A stretch of 64,000 nucleotides of DNA from Mustelus asterias. Lineage: Eukaryota. How positions within the stretch are numbered: position 1 is the first letter of the stretch; the number at the start of each line of letters is the position of its first letter. Where the stretch lies: positions 22,134,001-22,198,000 of the forward strand of contig NC_135808.1 of assembly GCF_964213995.1 (NCBI RefSeq), in the 5' to 3' direction. Below the pieces are notes generated by a model. That model was not told the origin of the DNA. It ran no database searches and was given only the letters and a program-made list of their open reading frames with translations. The position numbers and the translations under genes were made by a program. This document shows, one piece after another, positions 24,822 to 35,800 of the stretch.

Positions 24822-26002
24822 GGGCTGAAATTCTCCCCCAAAAATTCTAAGTGTCAAATTCACGTGAAAGAAATGAAGTAATTCATGCCGTTTTTTTCAG
24901 TGGGAGTTCAGAGAAGAACCTCCCACACTCTGCGCAGTGCAGAGGCCACGAGCGGGAGTATCATTAAATTTCAGGCTGGGGCTGATTCCTGCTGGAGAGG
25001 CTGAAAGCAGCACGCTGAGCGGGTCTCTGCGCATGCGCCGAGCTGTCGGTGCCGCGATCGGCGCATGCGCAGTGGCTGCACATTGACGGCCCCCCGATTG
25101 CTGGCTGCCTCGAACGCTGGCCCCCCAACCATTCCCGCGGACAGCCCCAACCGCCCACTCTGAGCTCAGCACTATCTCCAGTCTCCCCCACCACGTGACT
25201 GTGAACCCCTGCAGTCCTGACCGCCCCCGCCCCCCTGCCCCAGCAGTCCCACCGCGCCCCCAGCTGAATCTCCCTTCTCCCAGCCCGCCCCGATCGCTTC
25301 TTCCCCCACCGATCCACATGCAACGTGGCAGCGGGCCCGCCATCCCCAAAGATCGCTCCTCGGTCCCGGCCCCCATAACACCCATCCGCCTATGTCCCGC
25401 CCCCGTATACTCCGCCCACTTGGCACTGCCCCATTCCCAATGGTCAGTGCCAAGGCGCCAGCTGGCCTTTGGCACCTTGCTTCTTGGGCAGTGCCGGGGC
25501 CCTTCCTGGCACTACCAGGGTGCCAATGCACAGCGGGCATTTCCCGCCCGCCAAACGAACCCTGGGGGCCCATTGTCCCCCAATTATTCCAGCGGAGTTG
25601 GGCCGCTAGCTCCCCGAAATTAAGGAGCTACTCTATACCTTGCGGGAGTGAAATACCCTGACCGTGGTGGGGGGTGCGGCGGGGGCGGGGGGGGGGGGGG
25701 CGGGAGTGGGGGCGGGTGGCGAGGGGTGGGAAGTTGATAATGGACACAGAGGCCTCAGTGCAGGGCCCGCTAATCACATTGAAATTACATTAATCCCCAC
25801 CACCGCACCCTCCCAACAAAACCCCATGCTGTTGCAGCTCCACGCCTATTTCCGGCGCAGAGCTGACCGCACCAGTAATCTGTCGCTGGGGGAGACGCTC
25901 TGGGCCGGCCGCCCAGCACGCATCGCACTAATCCAGCCTTGCTGGAATCTCCTGGCCTGATACGCTAATTTATTAGCGCAGTTGGATCGAAGTTTCGCCC
26001 CC
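24822..26002. mobile_element. GC/CpG-rich non-autonomous DNA transposon(s), Harbinger-MITE-like
   Basis: Starts gggctgaaatt and ends aagtttcgcccc (imperfect inverted ends). Internal palindromic motif tgcgcatgcgcc...ggcgcatgcgca at 25028-25071. May be two elements. Confidence 0.5.
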
Positions 26003-26554
26003 CAAATGATTCCAACCTCTCAAGTGGGAAAGCTAATTCGACTACGCTTCAGATAACGTGGATGGAAAGTAGGCACATGGAAGTCAATCCACGACGAAAT
26101 AGTTTTCGTCAAAGTATGTTGGCCTGAAGAAATGGTATGGGCCAAAAAAATCAAACCCCCTTGACAGCAAGGGGTTAAAAGCAAGGAGAAAGATGTCAAA
26201 CGGAAGCTTCTGATTCGAAAAGATTCGAAAATAAGATGACCAAACGTTCCGAATTCTAAAACCTCGCTCTGTGTCCAACGGCTAATCAGAATTAGTGCAG
26301 AATATCACTCTCGCCTTGATGAGCCCTGTGTTACGCAACAGTTGGTTCATTTTATTCTCGTCTTATTCTGCCATCTCCATCTGAATACAACAGTTTGGAT
26401 CCGGGCCTCCGGGCCCCGGTCGAACTCCGAACCAGGAACCATGCCCCAAAGGGACAGCAAATCTTTGGGACATGTCAGTGAGTTGCCCAGACTTATGTGT
26501 CACTACAATTGGAACACAAGTTGTCCAAGACTTCTTCATAAAAAATGCCAACAA

Positions 26555-26838
26555 GGCTGGCACCGTGGTTATCGCGGGTGTCTCAAAGCGCCAGGGACCG
26601 GGGTTCAATTCTGACCTCAGGATACTGAAGGTGTGCAGTTTGCCCTTTCTTCTGCGTTTGTTTCCTCAGGGGTCTCCGTTCTCCTCTGACAGTCCAAAGA
26701 TGTGCAGGTTAGGTGGATCAGCCATGCTAAATTACCCTTTAGTGTCAGGTGGTTTATAGGTATAGGGCCTGGGCGGGATTGTGGTCGGTTCGGACTTGAT
26801 GGGCTGAAAGGCCTCCTTCTGTACAGTCGGGATTCAAC
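26555..26838 (+). mobile_element. HE1 SINE whose tail is split by the hAT insertion (tail resumes at 31932-31949)
   Basis: ...ggcctccttctgtacagtcggGATTCAAC [hAT] GATTCAACgattctatga. Confidence 0.88.
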
Positions 26839-27601
26839 CAGGGGCGTCGCCAGGTTCTAAAGTTAGGGGGACCGAGCACATAAAAAAGGCGGCACGACGC
26901 ATACCAAATAATTTTAAATTCATTATACATTTTTATTTTGAATTTAAAATCAAAACATAATAAAAACGCATCTGTTATTTAATTATTTTACATTTTAAAC
27001 GTAAAATGAAAACAAAACGAAGCAATATGAAAAAGGTATGAAGCAACTACAACAGACTCTTTCGTCCAAGCTTCATTCCAGCAAAGTTATCTATTACTTT
27101 ATGAAAATCTACCACAGTAGCCAACTGTCTTTCAATGGAGACCAAAGCCAACCCAGACAATCTGTCCTCGCCCATTGTAGAACGAGGGTAGGACTTTATG
27201 TGTTGGAGCCGGCTAAAGGATCATTCCGCAACTGTGCTAGTTATTGGTAAGATCAGAAAAATGTGGTACAATGTGGACAGGTTAGGATAAATGGAACACA
27301 TGTCATTGGAGATCATGAATTTTAGTACATTGTTGATGGTCAGTTTCTTGACACTTGAATTTGCCTTACTGCTAGTGCTCATTATCTCTTTGTACAGGTC
27401 ATTGAATGAAATAAACTCTTGTACGATTTCAGTTTGACTGTCGATGACGCCTGAGTACGTATTTGCTAAAAATTCTAATTTTTTCACATTATCTGCATGT
27501 TCAAAATGCTTTGGATCGAAACCACTAAATTTAGAAGCCACATTTTTAAAATGGCCAAATCTTTTACTTGTGCTATTTAAAACAGAATCTAAGGACACTA
27601 A

Positions 27602-29329
27602 GGGCCCGATTTTACCAAACCGGGCGCGAAGTCGCGGTAAGGTCGGGCGTCGGGCCTTCAACGCGATCTGCACCCGAATCAGAGCAGATCGCGGCTTTAC
27701 TGACACCCGATTCGGGCGCGGATCCGGCCCATGCCCGAATCGGGTGGCCCGACGATTTAAATGCATTTGCATGCATTTAAATCGACTTAATGAACTGCGA
27801 GCCCAACTCTACCACCAAATCCCACTTGACCACCGCGCGGCCCAATCCGGATCCGCGCTTTTAGCGACCTGCAGAATAAAGGTCCGAAGTGGATTTCTAT
27901 TCCCCAGGGGAATCTCCAAAGCCCATCCTCCCCGACCATCCTTCGCAGACACCCATCCCCCCTCCCCCGGCCCCCCAGCTAACCACCCCGGCAGACCCCG
28001 CCCCCCCCCCTCCCCGGGATCAGACACTCCTGGGAGGCAGGACCCCCGGAAGACCTCCTCCTGGGATCGGACCCCCCTGGGAGGGAGGCCCCCCCCCCCC
28101 CCCCCCGGGATCAGACCCCCCTGGGAGGCAGACCCCTCTCGGCAGAGCACACCACAACCTACCTCGATAACTGGCCTCCCTCCACCATCCTTCCGACCTC
28201 CAGTCCTTTGAGAGCCTGCAGCACCTTCCTGGCCTTCCATTGGTGTCCGACAGAGGGCGCGGGGGGGGGGGGGGATGGGCTCAGATGGATCTCTGGTTGG
28301 TCGGGCAGGTGGGTGGGGCGGGGGGAGAATGGACTTGGGTGAATCTTGCAAACTGAAAATAATGTAGCATCGTCTTTGTGCTGCCTAATTATCTATGGGA
28401 AAGGTAATTAAACTACAGTATCCTTGTGAGCAATTAGTGACCTAAATAATACATTTGTGATATGGAACTGGATTGTTGATGCTCAAATGTTCAGAGTCCT
28501 GTGGTGAACTTGGAAGATTTATCCCCGTGGTGGAACTTGTTTGGAAATAAGATTCAAGGAGATTACTACATCTTGTTTTCATCTGAACATTGCACACAAT
28601 TAGTCGAATTCCCTTTGGAAGACAATGTCAAAATTGTAATCGCAGGAACTAAAAACCTGACAGTCAAAGAATTGGGAAAATATTTCAAAATATATATCCC
28701 CCATCCATATTTTGAAATATTTTCCCAAATTTGTGACTGTCAGGTTTTTAGTTCCTGCAATGATAATTTTGACATTATCATCCAAAGCGAATTCCTCTAA
28801 TTCTGTGCAATGTTCAGATGAAAACAAGATTTAGTAATCTCCTTGAATCTTATTTCCAACCAAGTTTCACCACGGGGACAATTCTTCCAAGTTCATCACA
28901 GGACCCTGAACATTTCAGCATGAACAATCCAGTTACAGATCACAAATGTATTATACAGGTCACTAATTGCTCACTAGGACACTGTAGTTACTTACCTTTC
29001 CCATAGATAATTAGGCAGCACAAGGACGATGCTACATTATTTGCAGTTTGCAAGATTCTCCCAAGTCCATCCTCCCCCCCCCCCCCCCCACTCTGCTCTC
29101 TCAGCTGTTTTTTCTTTCGCGCCAAAGCACGCTGCTTCAGATTTTTTATCGAACTGCTCATGCGAAGTTCAGAGCTCCGAACGGTCCAGCAGCGCTATGC
29201 CCCGCCCACAGTGTGGATCGGACTGGAGCCGGCAAAACACGTATGGGCGTGCTGGAAAGAGGATTCTCGGCTCGGATCTATTTGACGCTCAGATTCGGCA
29301 CTTAGACTCAAAATGGTAAAATCAGGTCC
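27602..29329. mobile_element. Non-autonomous PIF/Harbinger-type element nested in the hAT transposase
   Basis: TAA TSD (27599-27601 and 29330-29332). 16-bp TIRs GGGCCCGATTTTACCA and GGACCTGATTTTACCA (14/16). Removing it plus one TAA restores the frame FIVESYLVSLDSVLN. Confidence 0.92.
28310..29090. repeat. Long inverted repeat/hairpin: about 365-bp AT-rich arms with G/C clamps and a 13-nt loop
   Basis: 28329..28693 is the reverse complement of 28707..29070, with about 31 substitutions and 1 indel (about 91%, manual alignment). Loop ATATCCCCCATCC. Confidence 0.97.
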
Positions 29330-32300
29330 TAAGTAGGATTCAACAATGAAGTTTCTTTAGAGTCAGTGTGAAAGATTTGATATAATTGCGTTGTTCTTCT
29401 TTTAGTACTGAAAGACGAGGTAAACTGCCAGAAAAAAAAATGTATAGGCACTTTGTAGAGTTCCAAAAAACAACTTGGTTTGAATATTGGAGCTTACTGC
29501 ATCAATTAGAACCAAATTTAAATTATGTGCAGAGCAGTGCATAAAGAGTGCATTTGGAGCAACTTCCCTAATCTTTGTTTGGAGACCAGATATTTCACCT
29601 GACATAGTGCTTGCTCCATCGTAAGACTGACCGTAACACATAGTTATTGACAGCCCTAAGTTTTCGATTGCTGGAAGAAGAATGTTGAAAAAATCTTCAG
29701 CCCTTGCTCCAGGTAATTCGCTGAATTGTATAAATCGTTCCACTGCATCACCGTTTACTGTTACATATCGCAAGGATAAAGAAAATTGATCAGTTCTGCC
29801 GATATCAATAGTAGAGTCAACAATTATTGCAAAGTACTTAACCACCTTGATTTCAGCTATTATCTTTGATAGAACCTGGGCTGATAAGGACTGTATCAGA
29901 TCATTTTGTATGTCAGGGCTGAGATATGTTGCATTTCCATCACTCAGTGATAAATGATGCTCCAGTAATGTATCACTTTTGGCAAACACATTAATAAGTT
30001 CCAAAACATTGCCTTCATTCGTACTTGGGGAACCTAAACCTTGATACTCGCGATGACCACGGAAGGCCAATCCCTGTTTTCCCAAATAGAGAACTGCATC
30101 TATAATATGGGTTAGAATCATCCTATTTTTCTCTATCTCTTTCCTTTCCGCCGTTACAAGGCCAACCAGGACAGCTCTGTCGTTGAACAAACGAAAAGTG
30201 GTAAGGAAAAGATTTTTCTCCGCTTTTTTGTGACTTTCACTTTTTTCATGTTTTATTATTTTGTGCGTACCTTTAACAAAAATCTTGCAACCAGTTTTTG
30301 GATCACTCCAACCATCCGACCGATTTGCAAAAAGCCAACAAGCAAACCAAAGCACAGTGTTTGCTCTTCGTGAGTAAACCAGCTAGTGCCTATCCATTTC
30401 ACAACCAATTTTAACTTGTTTCTTGTACCAAGTTGCACTGAAATGACGTCCAGCTTCATCTTTTGGAAAACTGTCAAAATTATCTTTAAGTACTGGCTGA
30501 CAAGGGCCAAACTCCAGAAGAGCAAGTACTAGATCAGGTGTTACAGGTGTTTCACAAAACAGGTGTGGATCTGTTGGATATTCCGTATGTGTGTCAATGA
30601 TTGCACATAGTCTTACTGTTTCATCTTCGTCCTCTGGGCGATAGTCTGCTGAAGTGGTCACAGCTCCACTTCCACCACCTGTGCAGCCGCAGCAGCCAGG
30701 GTGCAGTCAAAAGCCCCTAGGATGAAAGTCGGTAACAGCAAGTCTTTAGAGGGTTCCACCTCAGATGCAACCACAACGGCCTGTGCACCGTCTCCATCTC
30801 CTGGGCTGAAGGTAGGTAGCAAGTCTTCAGAGGATTCCATCTCTGGCGCAGCGAACGTCGTGTGCTTGCCGAATGAAAAGTAGGCGTCCAATCTCTGACA
30901 TTTTGACGAATCTTTTTCTCGATTTGCAACTTCTTTCATCTTCTTTCTGTCCCACCCAGATAGTTTATTCTTCTTAGTGTTTTTCTCCATGGCATTCCAT
31001 ATCAGAAAAAAATCTATGATAGTTTTTCAAGGCAATCTTAACAATAGACATATAACACCGTCATAATAAAACGAAAAAGCAACTTAAACTTGCCTTTGGA
31101 ATATTTATGCCGTATATTAATTTGAACAACCCCGTAATCCATATCGCCGTTCTCACTTTGCTCCCGCTGAGCATGCGTGGCAGGGCGTGTGCACTTGTAC
31201 CCTCCAGAAGCTGGCAATCATGGCAATAATGACAATCATGTCGCTTCCCTAAACTCATTAATTCATTGGCTATGCTCAAGACACAGCTAGCTCAAAATAA
31301 CCAGTGCTTAAAATGGACAAAGCAATCAAATGTTCATGCAAGCGGAGAGATACAAGGTGTCAGATTCTTGTTCAGCTTTGGAGTAGTTAATTCTAATGAT
31401 ACACAGTCTTGAATGAATGGTGACTAAAACTATAAATTACGCGCCGAATATTTTCACTAAACTATTCCTGCGATGTCATATTTTGTTCTTCATCTTTGCT
31501 ATGTATTTAAATGAGCTGGTTTATTTAAATTAAAGCTGCCAATGTTGGACTCTGTAGTGGTTTAAATTCTTCAAGTGATAATCACCAAATCTATTTAATC
31601 ACCCAATCTCGGCTGGTGATGTCCGTCGGCGAGGGATGCTTGGTCTCGACTTCCCGTTCGTCGCCGTGGCTGCATATTTATGTCCTTCGTGGCCTCTGCA
31701 ATTATCCTCGTGATTGCATGCTCTCTCGGGCGATTGCATGCCTTCCTCGCTGCCTGAAGTCCCCGCATCCGTATCGCATCCTGGGATTGCAGTACACGGA
31801 TCGAGGACTTCAGATCTCGGGAAGAGATCTGAGGGGCCGTGAGGAACACCCCGTTGAAAAGGCGCCACTTTTGAAGAATGTGCTCAGGGGCAGCGGTCGT
31901 TCCCCCTGCTCCCTCTCTAGCTTCGCCACTGGATTCAACGATTCTATGAAATGCCACATGCTTCTTCCCCAGTGGAGTCAGATCACATTCCCGTGATTCT
32001 TTTTAAACCCCGAGGACTGCCTGTTTCTGCAGCCACCTTAACACGACATTAAAAAAAATATTTCCTCTAATGCAAGTACCCAGAGTGGCTCACTTCTGCG
32101 TGGAAGAGTTGGAAAAGTGTCACCCGCACGGATCTATGGTGGGTTATCACTCCACTATTTGGAGAGGTGGAGCTGGGTCCAGAAAGGTGCATGTTCAGAG
32201 TTTGCTGCATTCCGGATCGTAATCGCCAATGAGAGACTCGCACAGTACCAACACACTGCAGTCACGCTGAAATGGATTTGTCTGAAGGTAAATGTACAGC

Positions 32301-32860
32301 ATTCATCGAACGCTCAGTAATGACCTGCTCCGTGGCAACTTTGCAAAGAATTTCCAAAAGCCCATATTAACTATATGCACCGCATTTCCACGTCACCTTG
32401 TCTTTTACCTCCATAGAACATGCTACGAGCTTTGACAGGCACAATCTTCTCTCACCTTTCGAAATAAGTGTTTCCTATCGATTTATTGCTCTTATTTCTT
32501 GTTAACATGGATTGCGGGTAATTTCATTCAGATAAGCATCCACATTTTCGGCACTATAAGTGGATTTGTTTTGAAATCAGGACTGTATTGCTGGAGGTAG
32601 GAAGTGGGAAAAGTCATTCCATTTAGTGTCGAAATTGCAGGGGAGAGAGTATTGCAGTAACAAATCATAACGCCCAAACCAGCCCCAATTTTCTACTGAC
32701 CTAATCTTCTCATCTTTTTCGTTTTTCTCATAACTGGCTTAATCTCAATTACGTTTTTCTTTCATTTTTCTGTTCTATTTTTCTCCTTCTTCAATCTGTT
32801 CACTGCGATTTTTCTTTCCCCCTTTCCCCATGTTGTTACTCAGCCTTTATTCTCCAGTTG

Positions 32861-35800
32861 ATCTGGTTCACGTCGGCGCCAACAACGCAGAGACGAAACG
32901 AGGAAAGAGTTTCTGCACATTCAGTATGATGAGCGAGGGAACTCAATTACGAAGGTGAATCTTAATGCTTGTAATCACAGAGGCACTTGCAATTTGGCAT
33001 GGGGCAGATGACGTTAGGGGGAGGAATAGGGAGAGGTAGAAGATTCTGACAAGGCAAGAAGACTGGATGTGGAGATGTTTTTGTCTCTGGCTGGGTGGTC
33101 TGAAACAAAGGGTTACAGTCTCAGAAACGGAGTCGGCCATTTAGGACTGAGATTATCAGAACCCTCTTCACCCAGAGAGTGGTGAACCGGTGCATTTCCC
33201 TGCTAAAGAAATACATGGAGGCCACTCCTGAATGAATTTAAGGAGATAGATAGAATTTTAGGTTCTAAGGGCGTATAAAATGTAGGGGGAGCGGGTGCGA
33301 GGGTATGGCGCTGAGCTAAAGGATCAACCAGTAATATACCAAGAATCCCGATACCGACCCCTGGGGATCACATTGAAAACATTCCTCCAGTTCGAAAATG
33401 TGCATTTACAATTACTCACTCTTCCTCCAATTCAGCCAATGTTTTTTTATCCGTGTCCCTTTTGTTCCATGGCCTATATTTTTCGCATAAATCTATTGTG
33501 TGGCACTGCATTTAATGCCTTTTGAAAGTCCCACGTAGTATACCACATTTGAATGAAATAACTAGCATTACTCTCATCCACCCTTTCTGTTTACTCCTTA
33601 AAAAACTCTAGAAAGTTATTTAAACACAATTTCCACATGAGAAATCAATGCTGGCTCTTTCGGACCAACACACTGATTCCAATGTGACTACTAATTTTAT
33701 CCTGAGTGTGTGAACTTTGACAGTTCATCCCGCTGATCGATCTCTCGCCTCCCGTGAAACTACCAGCAGTACGAAGCCGCTCCCGGGAAGGAGGAGTCTG
33801 ATTATAATTTTAAATACTCAATTTCATCCCGGGCTCACTTGCCTCAACGGCCTCGCCGATTAAGGTGTTCATAAGTGAGGATCACGGATGCTCCCCCACC
33901 TATGAGGACCAGATGTGATGGCTAGCTGGAAGGACTGGAAGCCATTGAGTCCATCCAGGTGCTCGCGGGCAGGGGACATTGCTCGGTGGGCAGTTCCAGC
34001 CTAGGACCTTGTCACTGCCTGACTGGCATCCTGGCCTGCGCATCCGGTCCCTACTACTGGTGTTAAACTGACTGTTATGTACTTGTTTGGCTTATCCTTT
34101 CAATCTATTTTGAACAATGGCATCATGTTTACAATATTCCAGGATTTGGGCACTTTCTCCGAATCAAGGGAAGACTGAATGATTATGACCAGTAACCTTA
34201 CAATTTCTGCTTTGACTTCCTTAAATGTCCTTGGATACATTTCATCCAGTCCGTTGCCTTGTCAATTTTAAGTCCCAACGGTCTATATGCAAATCCGCTT
34301 ATAATATTTGAAGATTGTGAAACATAAACAAAGTTTGCTCTCTCAGGTATATATAAAAACTCCCGTGTCCTGTCACAAAGAGTTCTCCCTGGTGACCTGG
34401 TCAGACAAGGAGCAACACACATGACTGGCATGTTTGAAAGCAAACTCAGAATGCTATGAGATGACCTCCAGAATATTCACTCCCTGCTTCCAGTCTAAAA
34501 ACAAAGAACAAAGAACAATACAGCACAGGAACAGGCCCTTCGGCCCTCCAAGCCCGCGCCGCTCCCTGGTCCAAACTAGACCATTCTTTGGTATCCCTCC
34601 ATTCCCACTCCGTTCATGTGGCTATCTAGATAAGTGTTAAACGTCCCCAGTGTGTCAGCCTCCACCACCTTGCCCGGCAGCGCATTCCAGGCCCCCACCA
34701 CCCTCTGGGTAAAATACGTCTTTCTGATATCCGTGTTAAACCTCCCCCCCTCACCTTGAACCTATGACCCCTCGTGAACGTCACCACCGACCTGGGAAAA
34801 AGCTTCCCACCGTTCACCCTATCTATGCCTTTCATAATTTTATACACCTCTATTAGGTCACTCCTCATCCTCCGTCTTTCTAGTGATAACAACCCCAGGT
34901 TACCCAATCTCTCCTCATAACGAAGCTCCTCCATTCCAGGCAACATCCTGGTTAACCTCCTCTGCACTCTCTTTGAAGCCTCCACGTCCTTCTGGTAGTG
35001 TGGCGACCAGAACTGGACGCAGTATTCCAAATGCGGCCGAACCAACGTTCTATACAACTGCAACATCACACCCCAACGTTTATACTCCATGCCCCGTCTT
35101 CTCAATGCAAGCATGCCATATGCCTTATTCACTACCTTCTCCACCTGTGACGGCACCTTCAAGGATCTGTGGAGTTGCACACCCAGTTCCCTCTGCGTAA
35201 CTACACCCTTTATGGTTCTGCCATTTAACGTATAGCTCCCCCCTACGTTAGTTCTACCAAAATGCATCACTTCGCATTTACCTGGATTGAACTCCATCTG
35301 CCATTTCTTTGCCCAAATTTCCTATCTATATCCTTCTGTAGCCTCTGACAATGTTCCTCACTTTCTGCAAGTTCAGCCATTTTCGTGTCGTCCGCAAACT
35401 TACTGGTCACCCCAGTTACACCTTCTTCCAGATCGTTTATATAAATCACAAACAGCTGAGTTCCCAATACAGAGCCCTGCGGAACACCACTCGTCACAGG
35501 CATCCAGCTGGAAAAAGACCCTTCCACTACCACCCTCTGTTTTCTGTGACCAAGCCAGTTCTCCACCCATCTAGCCACCTCCCCCTTTATCCCATGAGAT
35601 CCAACCTTTTGCACCAACCTACCATGAGGGACTTTGTCAAACGCTTTACTAAAGTCCATATAGACGACATCCACGGCCCTTCCCTCGTCAACCATTCTAG
35701 TCACTTCTTCAAAAAACTCCACCAGGTGAGTGAGGTATGCCCTCTCTCTCACAAAACCATGCTGACTCTCGTGAATGAGTTTATTCTTTTCTAAATGCAC

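Larger units (their letters stand above)
27047..30990 (-). pseudogene. hAT transposase pseudogene
   Basis: TTF-type zinc finger (RHFSATWY...DRH*LVYS...FACWLF...HEKSESH), DUF4371 (LGKQGLAFRGH, YLSPDIQNDLI), FAIIVDSTID, GQSYDGASTMSG, HCSAHNLNLV, and the hATC dimerisation domain (YPNL...LPITSTVAE*SFSRL...RSTMGEDRLSGLALVSIE). Disrupted by stops, frameshifts, a deletion and the 27602..29329 insertion. Confidence 0.93.
26839..31931 (-). mobile_element. hAT DNA transposon (ZMYM1/DUF4371-type transposase), both termini present
   Basis: Perfect 8-bp TSD GATTCAAC (26831-26838 and 31932-31939). 15-bp imperfect TIRs CAGGGGCGTCGCCAG and CAGTGGCGAAGCTAG (11/15). A subterminal GAGCACAT motif occurs at both ends. 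Confidence 0.95.

Noticed and set aside
27444-28351. Long Pro/Gly-rich ORFs (255, 183 and 180 aa); similar ones at 11177-11776, 24897-25623 and 43929-44678
   Set aside because: GC-rich MITE sequence is poor in stop codons. The 183-aa ORF is a MITE/hAT chimera in which only the part below 27600 is transposase.
28501-28827. Mirror-image ORFs on both strands (99 aa + and 75 aa -)
   Set aside because: They are a by-product of the palindrome. No domain is recognisable, and the frame is broken by stops in the opposite arm.
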